A stretch of DNA of 64,000 nt from Ruminococcus sp. Zagget11 (GTDB taxonomy: Bacteria; Bacillota; Clostridia; Oscillospirales; Ruminococcaceae): NCBI GenBank assembly GCA_001941135.1, contig MSHL01000049.1, forward strand, positions 497-64,496. The letters are read 5' to 3'. Shown here piece after piece: positions 30,621-40,984 of this stretch. Below the pieces are notes generated by a model. That model saw nothing but the letters and a program-made list of their open reading frames with translations. It was not told the DNA's origin and did no database searches. Position numbers and translations under genes: made by a program. Position 1 is the first letter of the stretch. Each line of letters opens with the position of its first letter.

Positions 30621-31116
30621 TTACTTCCCGAAAAAGCCGTTATCGTCGGAATTGCTTTCCTCCTTCGGCTCATCCTTATTAAGGTTAACTGTCTTTGAAG
30701 CGTTTGAATCGGTGGGATAAAATCCGAAATCCTTGTTAAAGCTTCCCGCATTGACATTAAAGCGCACTCCGCAGGCTAAGGCAATAAGCGCCGCAGGAAT
30801 AGCAACCTGATGAAGTCCGACACCAAAAATCGCAGCCGCAAGAAGATTTACCTTTACCTTTTCATTGCCGCTGTAGCTGGCGGTAAGATCACCGTCAAGC
30901 ATTTTTTTAAAGACATTCTTTGCGCCGCTGCCCGCTTTTTTTTGCGGTTGCCTTGATTTTTTCGTCATACTGCCCGCAATCGGTGTGCTTACCCTTTTCA
31001 AGCATTATTGTAGCTTCTACCATATCACCGCCGCAGGCGTCATAGGCTTTATGGGCTTCCTCATAGGTTGCACCTGCTTTATTCACAAGCTCGGTTATCA
31101 TATCAAATTCAGTCAT
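30621..31116 (-). pseudogene. Paralogous DUF4342-like gene, frameshifted in an A8 run (30936-30943)
   Basis: ORF 30907-31116 (ELVNKAGATYEEA..DMVEATIMLEKG) joins ORF 30621-31001 if one A is removed. Confidence 0.7.
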
Positions 31117-31276
31117 ATATTTATCCTCCTTTTAATCGCGGTAAACACACCCTGTATTTACCTTACAGCATAATAATAACCCACTTATATTAAAATCAGC
31201 GCTTTTCTAAATTAAAATCAGATTAAAATATGATTATTCAGGTTAAAAATTAAGAAATCGCAAGGGGCATCTTAAT

Positions 31277-31984
31277 TCATACCTGTATTGCCTTAATAAA
31301 TGCATTGAAAATTTCCCGACTGTTCCGATTGATATGAAAATCAAATTCGGGATGCCACTGAAAAGCCCATACAAAGCTTTTCTCCGTATGCCTTACAGCC
31401 TCAACCAAGCCGTCCTCGGATTTTGCCATTATTTCTAAGCTATCCCCCAGCTTCTTTATAGCCTGATGATGATAGCTGTTGACGCCCAGATGCTCTGTCT
31501 GCAAGAGATTATATAAGGGTGATGCTTTTACCACAGTGACATTATGGGCAATATCGGTATATGGCGGGTTCATGTGATGCTCAATATTACTTGAATATTC
31601 CGTTGGCAAATCCTGATACAGAGTTCCTCCCTGCAATACATTAATAAGCTGAATACCTCGGCATATTCCCAAAACAGGCTTATTGTTATCAAGCGCATTC
31701 CTATAGAGCGCTGACTCCATTATATCCCTCTCGGTACAGCATACACCGCATTCGTAACGCGGTACTTCATTATACAATGTCGGCGAAACATCATGACCGC
31801 CGGTCATAAGCAGGCCGTCACATCGTTCAAAAGCAGACAGTACATCATCCGTATCGCTTGTAAGGGGCAGTATAATAGGAATTGCACCGCACTCTCTGAT
31901 ACCGTTCATATAACCCGGAAGCATCCAAATGCTCTCCTTCTCATCGTCCCACAAGGGAACAACCGCCACTATCTTCTTACCCAT
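31277..31984 (-). CDS. Gamma-glutamyl-gamma-aminobutyrate hydrolase family (peptidase C26)
   Basis: GLLMTGGHDV, LGICRGIQ, VNSYHHQ, QWHPE. Confidence 0.92.
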   Translation of the reverse strand: MGKKIVAVVPLWDDEKESIWMLPGYMNGIRECGAIPIILPLTSDTDDVLSAFERCDGLLMTGGHDVSPTLYNEVPRYECGVCCTERDIMESALYRNALDNNKPVLGICRGIQLINVLQGGTLYQDLPTEYSSNIEHHMNPPYTDIAHNVTVVKASPLYNLLQTEHLGVNSYHHQAIKKLGDSLEIMAKSEDGLVEAVRHTEKSFVWAFQWHPEFDFHINRNSREIFNAFIKAIQV

Positions 31985-32214
31985 ACTCTCACCGCTCCAA
32001 ATGCAATTTTTACTGTTTATAGCTACAGTATAGCATAGCTGCGCCAAAAAAGCAATACAGTGTTATACAAAAGCAGTGAAATTATTATTATGGCAAAACC
32101 GCTGTTTCCATATAGTATTTTTCATGTGATATTACCGAATTTACATTACTACAGCCGCAATTTTTGTGGTATAATGTAATGAAGTAAAAATTATTGGGAG
32201 TTGGTTTTACTGCT

Positions 32215-32847
32215 ATGAACAAAAGAAAATTTTTTGACCTGCTTTTAAAGGCAATTCTAACGGGCTTTGCCATAGGCATTGGCGGTGTCGTATATCTTTC
32301 CTGCGAAAATAAAACAGTAGGCGCATTTCTGTTTGGCACGGGACTGTTTGTAATACTTACCTTCGGCTTTGCGCTTTTTACCGGAAAGGTTGGATATGCC
32401 GTAGACAATAAGCCCTTCTACATACTTGATTTAATTATAATCTGGATTGGAAATTTTATCGGTACATTCTGCATGGGCGGTCTGATACTTTATACACGGA
32501 TTTCACCGAGTATATCGGAAACCGCCGAGAGCTTATGCAAGGTAAAGCTGGACGACAGCCAGCTAAGTATAGCGATTCTTGCATTTTTCTGCGGTATGCT
32601 GATGTTTATTGCGGCGGACGGCTACAAAAATATAGAAAACCCCGTTGCAAAGGTTTTTGCCGTTTTCCTGCCTGTAATGGTCTCTATCCTCAGCGGCTAC
32701 GAACACTGTGTGGTTAATATGTTCTACTTTACCGTGGGAGGTATGTGGTCGCTCAAGGCTCTCCTCTACCTTTTGGTTATGACGCTGGGAAATGCCGCGG
32801 GCGGAATATTCATTCCCCTTGTGAGAAAGGGCTTTGCTAAAGAATAA
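32215..32847 (+). CDS. Formate/nitrite transporter family protein
   Basis: LFTG, IWIGNFIG, GYEHC..NMFY, TLGNAAGG. Confidence 0.88.
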   Translation: MNKRKFFDLLLKAILTGFAIGIGGVVYLSCENKTVGAFLFGTGLFVILTFGFALFTGKVGYAVDNKPFYILDLIIIWIGNFIGTFCMGGLILYTRISPSISETAESLCKVKLDDSQLSIAILAFFCGMLMFIAADGYKNIENPVAKVFAVFLPVMVSILSGYEHCVVNMFYFTVGGMWSLKALLYLLVMTLGNAAGGIFIPLVRKGFAKE

Positions 32848-32977
32848 CATACTCTGCTATATGTCACCCTATGGCTTTTGTCATAGGGTGATTTTCTTTT
32901 TGTATAAAAACAGGCTGAACGGAAAATAATATAAAATATCGGATTAAATATTCTTTCAACGAAAAGGAGAACATAAT

Positions 32978-33236
32978 ATGCAGAATTTTAGCTACACCAT
33001 AACCGATGAAAACGGTATTCACGCCCGTCCCGCAGGAATTTTCGTAAAGAAAGCCTCCGCCTTTTCCTCGGAAATAACCGTTACCCTTGGGGATAAATCC
33101 GCCTCCGCTAAAAAGCTTTTTGCCCTGATGGGTCTGGGCGCAAAAAAAGGGGTCGGTTATCAACGTATCCATTGAGGGCACTGACGAAAAGGATGCGGCA
33201 AGCATGCTTGAAGCCTTTCTGAAAGAAAATCTGTAA
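32978..33236 (+). pseudogene. ptsH: Phosphocarrier HPr, frameshifted in an A7G4 run (33142-33152)
   Basis: GIHARPA (His15); removing one base restores ..[32 protein letters not shown]. Confidence 0.9.
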
Positions 33237-33252
33237 GGAGCGAACGCGGTAT

Positions 33253-34896
33253 ATGGTAGTTATTAAAGGCAAATCGGTCTATGCTGCTGCGGCATTGGGC
33301 AAAATAGCTGTATTTGACCGAGGTGAAATGCAGGTAAAGCGTTCCCATGTAGATAATACCGATTTGGAATATAAACGCTATATAAAGGCAAGGGATAATG
33401 CCGTCAAACAGCTTGAAGAGCTTTACAAAAAGGCTCTTTCGGAGGTCGGAGAAACAAACGCGCAGATTTTTGAAATTCACTCCATGATGGTAATGGACGA
33501 TGATTACAACGAAAGCATTGAGAACATTATCCGCTCACAGGGTGTAAATGCGGAATATGCCGTTGCAGTCACCTCGGACAACTTTTCACAGATGTTTTCC
33601 GCTATGGAGGACGAATATATGCGCGCAAGAGCCGCCGATGTAAGGGATATCTCCGACAGGATACTGAAAAATCTCATCGGCGACTGCAGCAGTGACGACG
33701 GTGCTGTTTCGGAAAACAGCGGAAAGGCAATTATCGCCGCCGACGACCTTACCCCTGGCGAAACAGTAACCTTAAATAAGGACAAGGTGCTGGCATTTAT
33801 CACCGCAGGCGGGTCGGCTAATTCCCATACAGCAATACTGGCAAGGAGTATGAATATTCCCGCTGTTATCTCCCTGGGAAAAGATATATTAAAGCCTGAA
33901 TATGACGGTGCGTATGCAGCTGTGGACGGATATGACGGAACGGTATATATCAATCCCGATGAAAAAACCATTGCCCTTATTAAGCAGAAAATTGCCGATG
34001 GAGACGCAAAGAGAGCGCTGCTGGCAGAGCTAAAGGGTAAGGACGATATTACCCTTGACGGCACGCCTATACAGCTGTATGCCAATATAGGCGGTATTTC
34101 GGATGTGGGCGCGGTTATGCTTAACGATGCGGCGGGTATAGGTCTGTTCCGCAGTGAGCTGCTCTATATGGAAAGCAGTGATTTTCCCGATGAGGAAACC
34201 CAGTTCAGATGCTATAAAAGCGTTCTGGAAAGCATGGGCGGAAAAAAGGTAATTATCCGTACAATGGATATCGGTGCCGATAAGCAGTTAGACTATCTGG
34301 GTATCGATAAGGAGGAAAATCCCGCTATGGGCTATCGTGCCATAAGGATATGCCTTACACAGACGGACATATTCCGCACACAGCTAAGGGCGCTTTACAG
34401 AGCCTCTTCCTACGGAAATTTAGGTATAATGTTCCCTATGATAATCTCCCTTGACGAGGTTCGCAGGGTCAGGGAAATTGCCGCCGAGGTTTGCGAGGAG
34501 CTGAAAAGCGCCGAAATACCGATGGGCGACAAGGTAGAGCTTGGTATCATGATTGAAACCCCTGCGGCAGCGCTTATAAGCGATGTGCTTGCAAAGGAGG
34601 TTGATTTTTTCAGTATAGGAACAAATGACCTTTCGCAGTACACTCTTGCCATTGACAGACAAAATCCAAAGCTGGACGATTTTTTCGATCCCCACCACGA
34701 GGCTGTTATGCGGCTTATCGAGCTTACCTGCAAAAATGCCGAAAAGCACGGCATATGGGTTGGAATATGAGGCGAATTGGGAGCGGATACGTCACTCACG
34801 GAAAGATTTCTGCGTATGGGTATAAGAGAGCTGTCAGTTTCGCCTCCCCAAATATTGCCCGTGCGTAAGAAAATCCGTGAAATTAATCTACAATAA
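33253..34896 (+). CDS. ptsI: PTS Enzyme I with an in-frame TGA (34768-34770) at the catalytic Cys
   Basis: SHTAILAR, GLFRSE, RTMDIGADK, GTNDLSQY; the frame continues past TGA as GELGAD..ELSVSP to TAA at 34896. Confidence 0.93.
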
Positions 34897-35023
34897 TTAC
34901 CAATATCGCACAGCTTTAGGAAATTATCGAAGCTGTGCGATATTATGTAAAAATCTCTTGAAATTTTTCGTTTTATGTGGTAAAATGGTTGTGTCTTTTA
35001 TTATTTTGCGAGGAGGATCTTTC

Positions 35024-36448
35024 TTGAATACCTTTACAGATGTTTTGACAAAAATAGATGATTTTGTTTGGGGCATACCGCTTATTGTATTTATACTTGT
35101 CGTAGGTATTCTCTTAACTATACGCCTTAGAGGACTGCAGATACGGCGGCTGGGACTGGGCTTTAAGCTAATGTTTAAAAACGATGACAGCGGTACTCAC
35201 GGGGAGCTGTCAGACTTTGCTGCGCTATGTACCGCTCTTTCCGCCACAATCGGCACGGGAAATATTGTAGGCGTTGCAACAGCTATCGTTGCAGGCGGCC
35301 CGGGTGCGCTGCTTTGGATGTGGATTGCGGCACTTTTCGGCACAGCCACAAAGTTTACCGAATGTATGCTTGCAGTTAAATACAGGCATATTGCCGAGGA
35401 CGGGCATATTGTGGGAGGTCCTTTTTTCTACATAGAAAAGGGAATGGGCTCAAAATGGAAGTGGCTTGCAAAAATATTTGCGGTATTCGGTACGCTGGTG
35501 GGATTACTGGGAATAGGCACATTTACCCAGGTAAACGGCATTACAGGTGCTGTCAAGGACTTCTTTGACCCGAACAGTGCCTATACAGTCACCCTGTTGG
35601 GAAACGATTACTCCATAGCCGTGGTAATTGCGGGAGTTATACTTACCGTATGCGCGGCGCTTGCAATAATAGGAGGTATTTCGAGAATATCCAAAATTGC
35701 CGAAAAAATCGTTCCGTTTATGGCTGTACTCTATGTCGTCACTACGCTTCTTATTTTAATTTGCAATTTTAGGGAAATACTCTCCGCTTTCGTTACAATC
35801 TTTGAAAGTGCTTTCGGTCTCAGAGCGGCTGCGGGCGGCGCACTGGGAGCAATGACTGCCGCTATGCAAAAGGGAATAGCAAGGGGTATTTTCTCCAATG
35901 AAGCGGGACTGGGAAGCGCGCCTATTGCTGCCGCTACCGCCAATACTGACGAACCGGTAAGACAGGGACTTATTTCTATGCTTGGAACGGTTATAGACAC
36001 ACTTATCATATGCACTATGACCGGACTGTCAATTGTGGTAACAAACGCCTATGATCAGGGGCTTGACGGCGTTAATGTGACAAATTTCGCATTCCGTCAA
36101 GGTCTTCCCTTTCCGGAAAGCGTTTCATCCTTTATTCTGATGATTTGCCTTGTATTCTTTGCTTTCACCACAATTCTCGGCTGGAATTATTACAGCGAAA
36201 AATGCCTTGAATACCTGACAAACGGGAAAAAAGCTGTACTTTCCGTCTTTCGTTTCCTGTATATTGCCGCTGTTTTCATAGGACCCTACATGACTATTTC
36301 CGCCGTATGGACCATTGCGGATATTTTCAACGGTCTTATGGCTCTGCCAAACCTTATCGCGCTGGTAGCACTCAGCGGAGTGGCTGCAGGTGAAGTAAAA
36401 AAATATTTTGATAAGGCGGATAGGCTTAATATCACGAATAAAGAGTAG
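35024..36448 (+). CDS. Sodium:alanine (AGCS) symporter
   Basis: TIGTGNIVGVA, GGPGA, RGIFSNEAGLGS, GWNYY; TTG start after AGGAGG. Confidence 0.93.
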   Translation: MNTFTDVLTKIDDFVWGIPLIVFILVVGILLTIRLRGLQIRRLGLGFKLMFKNDDSGTHGELSDFAALCTALSATIGTGNIVGVATAIVAGGPGALLWMWIAALFGTATKFTECMLAVKYRHIAEDGHIVGGPFFYIEKGMGSKWKWLAKIFAVFGTLVGLLGIGTFTQVNGITGAVKDFFDPNSAYTVTLLGNDYSIAVVIAGVILTVCAALAIIGGISRISKIAEKIVPFMAVLYVVTTLLILICNFREILSAFVTIFESAFGLRAAAGGALGAMTAAMQKGIARGIFSNEAGLGSAPIAAATANTDEPVRQGLISMLGTVIDTLIICTMTGLSIVVTNAYDQGLDGVNVTNFAFRQGLPFPESVSSFILMICLVFFAFTTILGWNYYSEKCLEYLTNGKKAVLSVFRFLYIAAVFIGPYMTISAVWTIADIFNGLMALPNLIALVALSGVAAGEVKKYFDKADRLNITNKE

Positions 36449-36512
36449 TTTTGTTCATTTATAAGCTATTGCAATTTTTAATAAGATATGGTATAATTCA
36501 ATCACGGAAGAA

Positions 36513-37850
36513 GTGAATTGTTTGGAAATAATAATTCCTCGAAATATAAGCATAGTGCTGGAACGGCTTGAGGCAAAGGGCTTTGATGCCTTTATTGTGG
36601 GCGGATGTGTAAGGGATTCGATTTTAGGGATAGCTCCCTCAGATTATGACGTTACCACCAATGCTTCACCGGAGCAGGTTATAAGCTGCTTTGACGGCTT
36701 TAGGGTGATAGAAACAGGCTTAAAGCACGGTACTGTCACAGTTGTTTCGGACGGCAGCAATGTGGAAATAACCACCTACCGCATTGACGGAGAATACCTT
36801 GACCACAGGAAACCGGAAGCCGTTACCTTTACCACAAGCTTGGATGATGATTTGTCGCGGCGTGACTTTACAATAAATGCTATGGCATATTCCCCGAAAA
36901 CGGGTCTTGTTGACAAATTCGGCGGTCAGCGGGATTTGTGGGAAAAATGTATACGCTGTGTGGGTGACCCGCAAAAGCGCTTTAACGAGGATGCTTTGCG
37001 AATACTCCGCGCATTGAGGTTTTCCGCTGTTCTGGACTTTTCCGTTGATCCGCAGACAGCCGCAGCCGTTCACGAAAACAAGGGGCTGCTTGCCGATATT
37101 TCTGCGGAAAGAATACGCAATGAGCTTACCAAGCTGATTTGCGGAGCATCTCCCGCAAGGGTAATGCTGGAATACGCTGATGTATTTTCCTTTATAATTC
37201 CCGAAGCTGCTCCCTGCATTGGCTTTAACCAGCACAGCAAATATCACGTTTACGATGTGTGGGAACATACCGCATATGCCGTTGAGCTTTCCACCAATGA
37301 CCCTGTGGTAAGACTGGCATTGCTTTTCCATGACATAGAAAAGCCCTCCTGTTATATTACCGATGAAAACGGGAACGGTCATTTTCCGGGTCACCAAGAA
37401 AAAAGCGCGCATACGGCTGAAAGCATTATGAAAAGGCTTAGGCTTGACAACGCCACTGTTGCACAGGTTGTAAAGCTTATCGGATGTCATGACCTTACCC
37501 CCGTATCGGAAAGATGTCTTGTAAGAAAAATAATTTCCGAACTTGGATTTGACACTCTGTCACGCCTTTGCAACGTTATGAGAGGCGATAATTTGGCAAA
37601 AAAAAGCGGCAGCTCTCACCGCATTGAGCAAATCGATGCAATGGAAAGCATTGCCCTTGACATTATGAAAAATAACGAATGCTGCACCTTGATGCAGCTT
37701 GATATTGACGGTGGGGATTTAATAGCCATGGGATTTAAAGGAAAGGCTGTGGGTGATGTGCTTAACAGGCTGCTTGAAATGGTCATGGAAGAAAAAATTC
37801 CGAACCGCCGCAGCACACTTCTGGAAGCTGCCAAAGGGTTCGGAATATAA
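36513..37850 (+). CDS. cca: CCA tRNA nucleotidyltransferase with HD domain
   Basis: VGGCVRD, DYDVTT, RRDFTINA, EDALRILRALRF, LFHDIEKP; start codon uncertain. Confidence 0.92.
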   Translation: MNCLEIIIPRNISIVLERLEAKGFDAFIVGGCVRDSILGIAPSDYDVTTNASPEQVISCFDGFRVIETGLKHGTVTVVSDGSNVEITTYRIDGEYLDHRKPEAVTFTTSLDDDLSRRDFTINAMAYSPKTGLVDKFGGQRDLWEKCIRCVGDPQKRFNEDALRILRALRFSAVLDFSVDPQTAAAVHENKGLLADISAERIRNELTKLICGASPARVMLEYADVFSFIIPEAAPCIGFNQHSKYHVYDVWEHTAYAVELSTNDPVVRLALLFHDIEKPSCYITDENGNGHFPGHQEKSAHTAESIMKRLRLDNATVAQVVKLIGCHDLTPVSERCLVRKIISELGFDTLSRLCNVMRGDNLAKKSGSSHRIEQIDAMESIALDIMKNNECCTLMQLDIDGGDLIAMGFKGKAVGDVLNRLLEMVMEEKIPNRRSTLLEAAKGFGI

Positions 37851-37854
37851 AATA

Positions 37855-38304
37855 TTATTCTCCCTTTTTCAACTGGGAAATAATATCGAGGAAGCACTCA
37901 ACATTGCCAAAATCCTTGTTTACCGATGCAAAACGGACATAGGCTACCTCGTCAAGCTGTTTTAGTCTGTCGAGAACCATATCGCTTATCTGTGCCGTTG
38001 AAATTTGGGAAATCATATTGTTTGCACAGTAGCTTTCGATATCATCGGCAATCTTAATTATCTCCGAGGATGGAACAGGGCGCTTCTTGACGGAGAAAGA
38101 CAGTCCCTGAATCAGCTTATTCCTGTCAAAGGGTTCAAAGGTGTTGTCCTTTTTGTTTACCAAAAGCGTCGGCATTTCAACACATTCATAGGTTGTAAAG
38201 CGTCTGCCGCAGCTTGTACACCTTCTGCGCCTGCGTTTTTTTCCCTCGGATGTGCGCGAATCTATTACCTTTGTATCTTCAAAGCCGCAAAATGGACATT
38301 TCAT
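37855..38304 (-). CDS. nrdR: Transcriptional repressor NrdR
   Basis: MKCPFCG..VIDSR..RRRRRC..C.RRFTTYE, ATP cone, AYVRFASV. Confidence 0.96.
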   Translation of the reverse strand: MKCPFCGFEDTKVIDSRTSEGKKRRRRRCTSCGRRFTTYECVEMPTLLVNKKDNTFEPFDRNKLIQGLSFSVKKRPVPSSEIIKIADDIESYCANNMISQISTAQISDMVLDRLKQLDEVAYVRFASVNKDFGNVECFLDIISQLKKGE

Positions 38305-38441
38305 AGCCGAACCTCCCGAGTTAGTGACATTTTTATTTACGGTGAATACTATAAACCACTGATTATATTTTATCATAAAGAGCTGCATTTGTCAACCGCA
38401 GACATGTAAAAAGCGAATTTTGGGAAAGGAAGTAAAAAGCA

Positions 38442-39374
38442 TTGAAAACCAACGGAACAAGAGTTTTTCTTGTATCAACTATAGTTTTATTTACGGCGGT
38501 GTTTGCTATGTCTAAGCTTACGAACAGGGATACATCAATATCAACAGACGATGCAAGCGAAACACAGATGGTAACAATTGGCGGAACTGACTCCACTGCG
38601 GCTGACGGCGGCGAAAACAGCTCTGACGGAACAGATACCGCACAAAATGAAGAAGCCGAAGCCGATTCGGACGGCACAGCCGAGGTCATGGACACAGAAG
38701 CTGTATCGGCTGAACCTGTCCCCGACCCCTCTGATGCCGACAATACATGGGCAATGTTTTTGGTTAATTCCATGAACCCCATTTCCGAGGAATACTGCGA
38801 CAGCATAGAAACAGCTTTTGTATACAGCAGCTGGCGGGATTATTACATGGATTCACGAGTATCCGAATATCTCAAACAGATGATTTCCGACGCCTCCAAT
38901 GATGGCATTAACCTTATTATAGTCAGTGCCTATCGTACAATAGATTATCAGCAGCGAAATTTTGACAACTCAGTTGAGGATCGCATGACCAACCAGGGTA
39001 TGACCTATGAGGAAGCATATGCGGATACCCTCAAGGAGGTGCAGCTTCCCGGCTACAGCGAGCATAACGCGGGGCTTGCGGCTGATATTATGTCCGATGA
39101 ATGTGTTGACATGGACGATGACAGCTTTAAAAATACCGAGGCATACGCATGGCTTCAAGAGCATGCTGCGGATTACGGCTTTATTCTCCGTTACCCCGAG
39201 GGAAAAGAGGATGTTACCGGAATAATCTATGAGCCTTGGCATTATCGCTTTGTTGGTGTTTATTACGCAAAGCTGCTGACGGACAGAGGTATTACCATGG
39301 AGGAATACTTTGAGGAAATGAATTGGGTTGATGAAAACGGTGTTGCCGTCTATCATATTCCCGATGCAGAATAA
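38442..39374 (+). CDS. M15B family D,D-/L,D-carboxypeptidase (VanY/LdcB-like)
   Basis: SAYR, PGYSEHNAGLAAD, YGFILRYP, YEPWHYRFVG; acidic linker after the N-terminal anchor. Confidence 0.9.
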   Translation: MKTNGTRVFLVSTIVLFTAVFAMSKLTNRDTSISTDDASETQMVTIGGTDSTAADGGENSSDGTDTAQNEEAEADSDGTAEVMDTEAVSAEPVPDPSDADNTWAMFLVNSMNPISEEYCDSIETAFVYSSWRDYYMDSRVSEYLKQMISDASNDGINLIIVSAYRTIDYQQRNFDNSVEDRMTNQGMTYEEAYADTLKEVQLPGYSEHNAGLAADIMSDECVDMDDDSFKNTEAYAWLQEHAADYGFILRYPEGKEDVTGIIYEPWHYRFVGVYYAKLLTDRGITMEEYFEEMNWVDENGVAVYHIPDAE

Positions 39375-39394
39375 TAACGAAAGGATGTTTTAAA

Positions 39395-40882
39395 ATGAAC
39401 ATGAAAAATATGCCGAGTGTAAAGCTGGGAATTGTGGCTGTAAGCCGCGACTGCTTCCCCATGTCACTTTCTGCGGGAAGAAGAAAGCTGGTCTGTCAAG
39501 CCTGCGCGGAAAAGGGCATAGACATTTACGAATGTCCCACAACCGTGGAAAGCGAAAAGGATATGATGAAGGCTGTTGAGGAGGTTAAGGCTGCGGGTGT
39601 AAATGCTCTTGTGGTTTACCTTGGCAACTTTGGTCCCGAAACCGCCGAAACCCTTTTGGCTAAAAAATTTGCCCTGCCTGTAATGTTTGTTGCGGCAGCT
39701 GAAGAAACAGGTGATAACCTTGTAGACGGACGCGGCGATGCTTACTGCGGTATGCTTAATGCAAGCTATAATTTGGGATTGAGAAATGTCAAGGCATATA
39801 TCCCCTCCTATCCCGTGGGCACTGCGGATGAAGTAGCGGATATGATTTCCGAATTTATACTCATTGCAAGGACAATATTTGCGCTTTCACAGCTTAAGGT
39901 TATTTCCTTTGGCCCTCGTCCCCAGGATTTTCTCGCCTGCAACGCGCCTATAGCAAGAATATATGACCTTGGTGCTGAAATTGAGGAAAACTCCGAGCTT
40001 GACCTTTACGCTGCATTCAACGAACACACAGGTGACGAGAGAATATCGGCTGTTGTGGCTGATATGACTGAGGAACTGGGTCAAGGCAATAAAATGAGCG
40101 GAATACTTCCGAGGCTGGCGCAGTATGAGCTGACATTGCTGGATTGGGCGGAGTCACATAAGGGAAGCAAGGATTTTGTTATATTTGCCAATAAATGCTG
40201 GCCCTCATTTCAAACACAGTTTGGCTTTGTGCCTTGTTATGTAAACAGCCGCCTTACCGGAAGAGGTATTCCCGTAAGCTGTGAGGTCGATATTTGGGGT
40301 GCAATAAGCGAATACATAGGTCAATGTGTTTCCGACGATGCGGTTACCCTCCTTGATATAAACAACAGCGTTCCGTCAGATATTTACGAAAATGATATAA
40401 AGGGCAAATTCGATTACACCCTCAAGGATACGTTTATGGGATTCCATTGCGGAAACACCACATCGAAAAAGCTTACAGCCTGTGAAATGCGCTATCAGCT
40501 TATCATGCACAGAAGCCTTGAACCCGATAAAGAACCGGATATTTCACGCGGAACACTGGAGGGCAATATTGTACCCGGCGATGTTACCATTTTCCGCTTG
40601 CAGTCAACTGCGGATGCCCAGCTGAAAGCCTATGTTGCCGAGGGCGAAGTACTTCCCGTTGCAACACGCTCTTTTGGGGGAATTGGTATTTTTGCTATAA
40701 AGGAAATGGGCAGATTTTACCGTCATGTGCTGATAGAAAAGCGTTATCCTCACCACTGTGCTGTCGCTTTCGGACATAACGGAAAGGCGCTTTTTGAGGT
40801 ATTCAGATATCTTGGCGTTTCCGATATTGCTTTTAATCAGCCCAAGGGTATGCTTTATAAAACAGAAAATCCTTTTGATTGA
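39395..40882 (+). CDS. L-fucose/L-arabinose isomerase family protein
   Basis: GNFGPE, GDAYCG, SCEVD, GFHCGN, YPHHCAVAFG. Confidence 0.85.
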   Translation: MNMKNMPSVKLGIVAVSRDCFPMSLSAGRRKLVCQACAEKGIDIYECPTTVESEKDMMKAVEEVKAAGVNALVVYLGNFGPETAETLLAKKFALPVMFVAAAEETGDNLVDGRGDAYCGMLNASYNLGLRNVKAYIPSYPVGTADEVADMISEFILIARTIFALSQLKVISFGPRPQDFLACNAPIARIYDLGAEIEENSELDLYAAFNEHTGDERISAVVADMTEELGQGNKMSGILPRLAQYELTLLDWAESHKGSKDFVIFANKCWPSFQTQFGFVPCYVNSRLTGRGIPVSCEVDIWGAISEYIGQCVSDDAVTLLDINNSVPSDIYENDIKGKFDYTLKDTFMGFHCGNTTSKKLTACEMRYQLIMHRSLEPDKEPDISRGTLEGNIVPGDVTIFRLQSTADAQLKAYVAEGEVLPVATRSFGGIGIFAIKEMGRFYRHVLIEKRYPHHCAVAFGHNGKALFEVFRYLGVSDIAFNQPKGMLYKTENPFD

Positions 40883-40890
40883 TTTTACAC

Positions 40891-40931
40891 AGGGCTTTAC
40901 CGAGTACAGTGCTCGGTAAAGCCCTTTTTTT
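40891..40931 (+). terminator. Rho-independent terminator
   Basis: agggctttaccgag..ctcggtaaagccct followed by a T tract. Confidence 0.85.
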
Positions 40932-40984
40932 CGGTCAAAAACAAAAATGGGACAATGCTATACATCGTCCCATTTAATTTATTT

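Noticed and set aside
38442-39374. VanY-like gene as a vancomycin-resistance determinant
   Set aside because: No vanA/B, vanH, vanX or vanRS genes are nearby; it fits a housekeeping M15B carboxypeptidase.
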